This document shows positions 63,396 through 64,000 of a stretch of 64,000 nucleotides of DNA, piece after piece (position 1 is the stretch's first letter; each line of letters opens with the position of its first letter). The position numbers and the translations under genes are program-made. This DNA is from Escherichia phage P-GXEC-L2P5: sequence record PQ843332.1; one strand, written 5' to 3'. The notes below the pieces were generated by a model, which was given only the letters and a program-made list of their open reading frames with translations, made no database searches and was not told the origin of the DNA.

Positions 63396-64000
63396 ATGAC
63401 CGTTAACGTTGACAACCAGCACCCGCTCTATGCGCGCATAGCGCCAGAGTGGAAAATGATCCGTGACTGCGTAGCAGGGGAGCGCGCCGTGAAGGCGTGC
63501 GGGCCATTGTACCTGCCACACCCCGCAAGCGGGGACACCACCGACCCGAAATCACGGGCACGCTATAAGGCATATAAGCAACGCGCTGTCTTCCTGAACG
63601 CCACCGCCCGCACACTGAATGCGCTGTTAGGTGTCGCCTTCGCCAAACCGGTGAGTATGGACCTTTCCGGGGCAATGGCTGACCTGATTGATGACGTAGA
63701 CGGCAGCGGGATGCCACTGGCGCAACTACTGCGCGGCGCTATGTCGGAAGTGCTGCAATCAGGCCGTGCCGGTTTTATGGTGGACTACGACCGCCAGGCG
63801 CATTTTGACGAACTGGGTAACGTAGTGCCGCAGACCGCCGCTGAAATGGCGGCACACCGCCCGCTTATCCGCCTGTATACGGCTGAACAGATCATCAACT
63901 GGCGGCGCAGACCGCCGCTGAAATGGCAGCACACCGCCCGCTTATCCGCCTGTATACGGCTGAACAGATCATCAACTGGCGGCAGACCCACGGGGTAGAC
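63396..64000 (+). CDS. unit 2: portal protein, 5' part (runs off the window end)
   Basis: Homolog of the 13901 start; duplication near 63830..63960. Confidence 0.55.

Overview
The window is a tailed-phage (siphovirus-type) genome read as about 1.29 tandem units. Unit 1 (about 1..49698) is a complete ~49.7 kb genome; unit 2 (49699..64000) repeats the first ~14.3 kb as a diverged variant, with many synonymous and amino-acid changes and a few gene-sized indels, so it is a related phage rather than an identical concatemer copy. A divergent control region (2951..3429) separates a leftward arm from a rightward arm. The leftward arm (minus strand, wrapping through the unit boundary) holds an acidic/basic repeat protein, a DUF2800-type nuclease, a DUF2815 SSB-like protein, a family A DNA polymerase carrying an intein, HNH and VRR-NUC nucleases, an SF2 helicase, and Dcm-like and Dam-like methyltransferases. 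The rightward arm (plus strand) holds an HTH regulator, AEP primase-helicase, holin-like proteins and a GH24 endolysin, TerS/TerL, portal, MuF-like head protein, overlapping spanins, scaffold, major capsid, a lambda-like tail module (major tail, G/GT chaperones with a -1 slippery site, tape measure, M/L/K/I/J-like tip proteins) and a side tail fiber with an S74 chaperone domain. No RNA polymerase, tRNA or CRISPR array was seen. Dozens of ~75-bp imperfect tandem duplications are scattered through both units and break many reading frames; each sits at a different place in the two units, so they look like construction or assembly artefacts and the genes were read with them collapsed. The most interesting signals are the intein in the polymerase with an HNH endonuclease encoded in a different frame, GCGGGACA iteron arrays with a GC-rich hairpin at two loci (one a ~540-bp non-coding insert between the tail chaperone and tape measure genes), a recurrent ATTGGTTGC motif, a small ORF mimicking the polymerase C-terminus, and two opposite-strand moron-like units inside the structural region. 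All functional calls rest on motif recognition by eye; no database search or folding was run.
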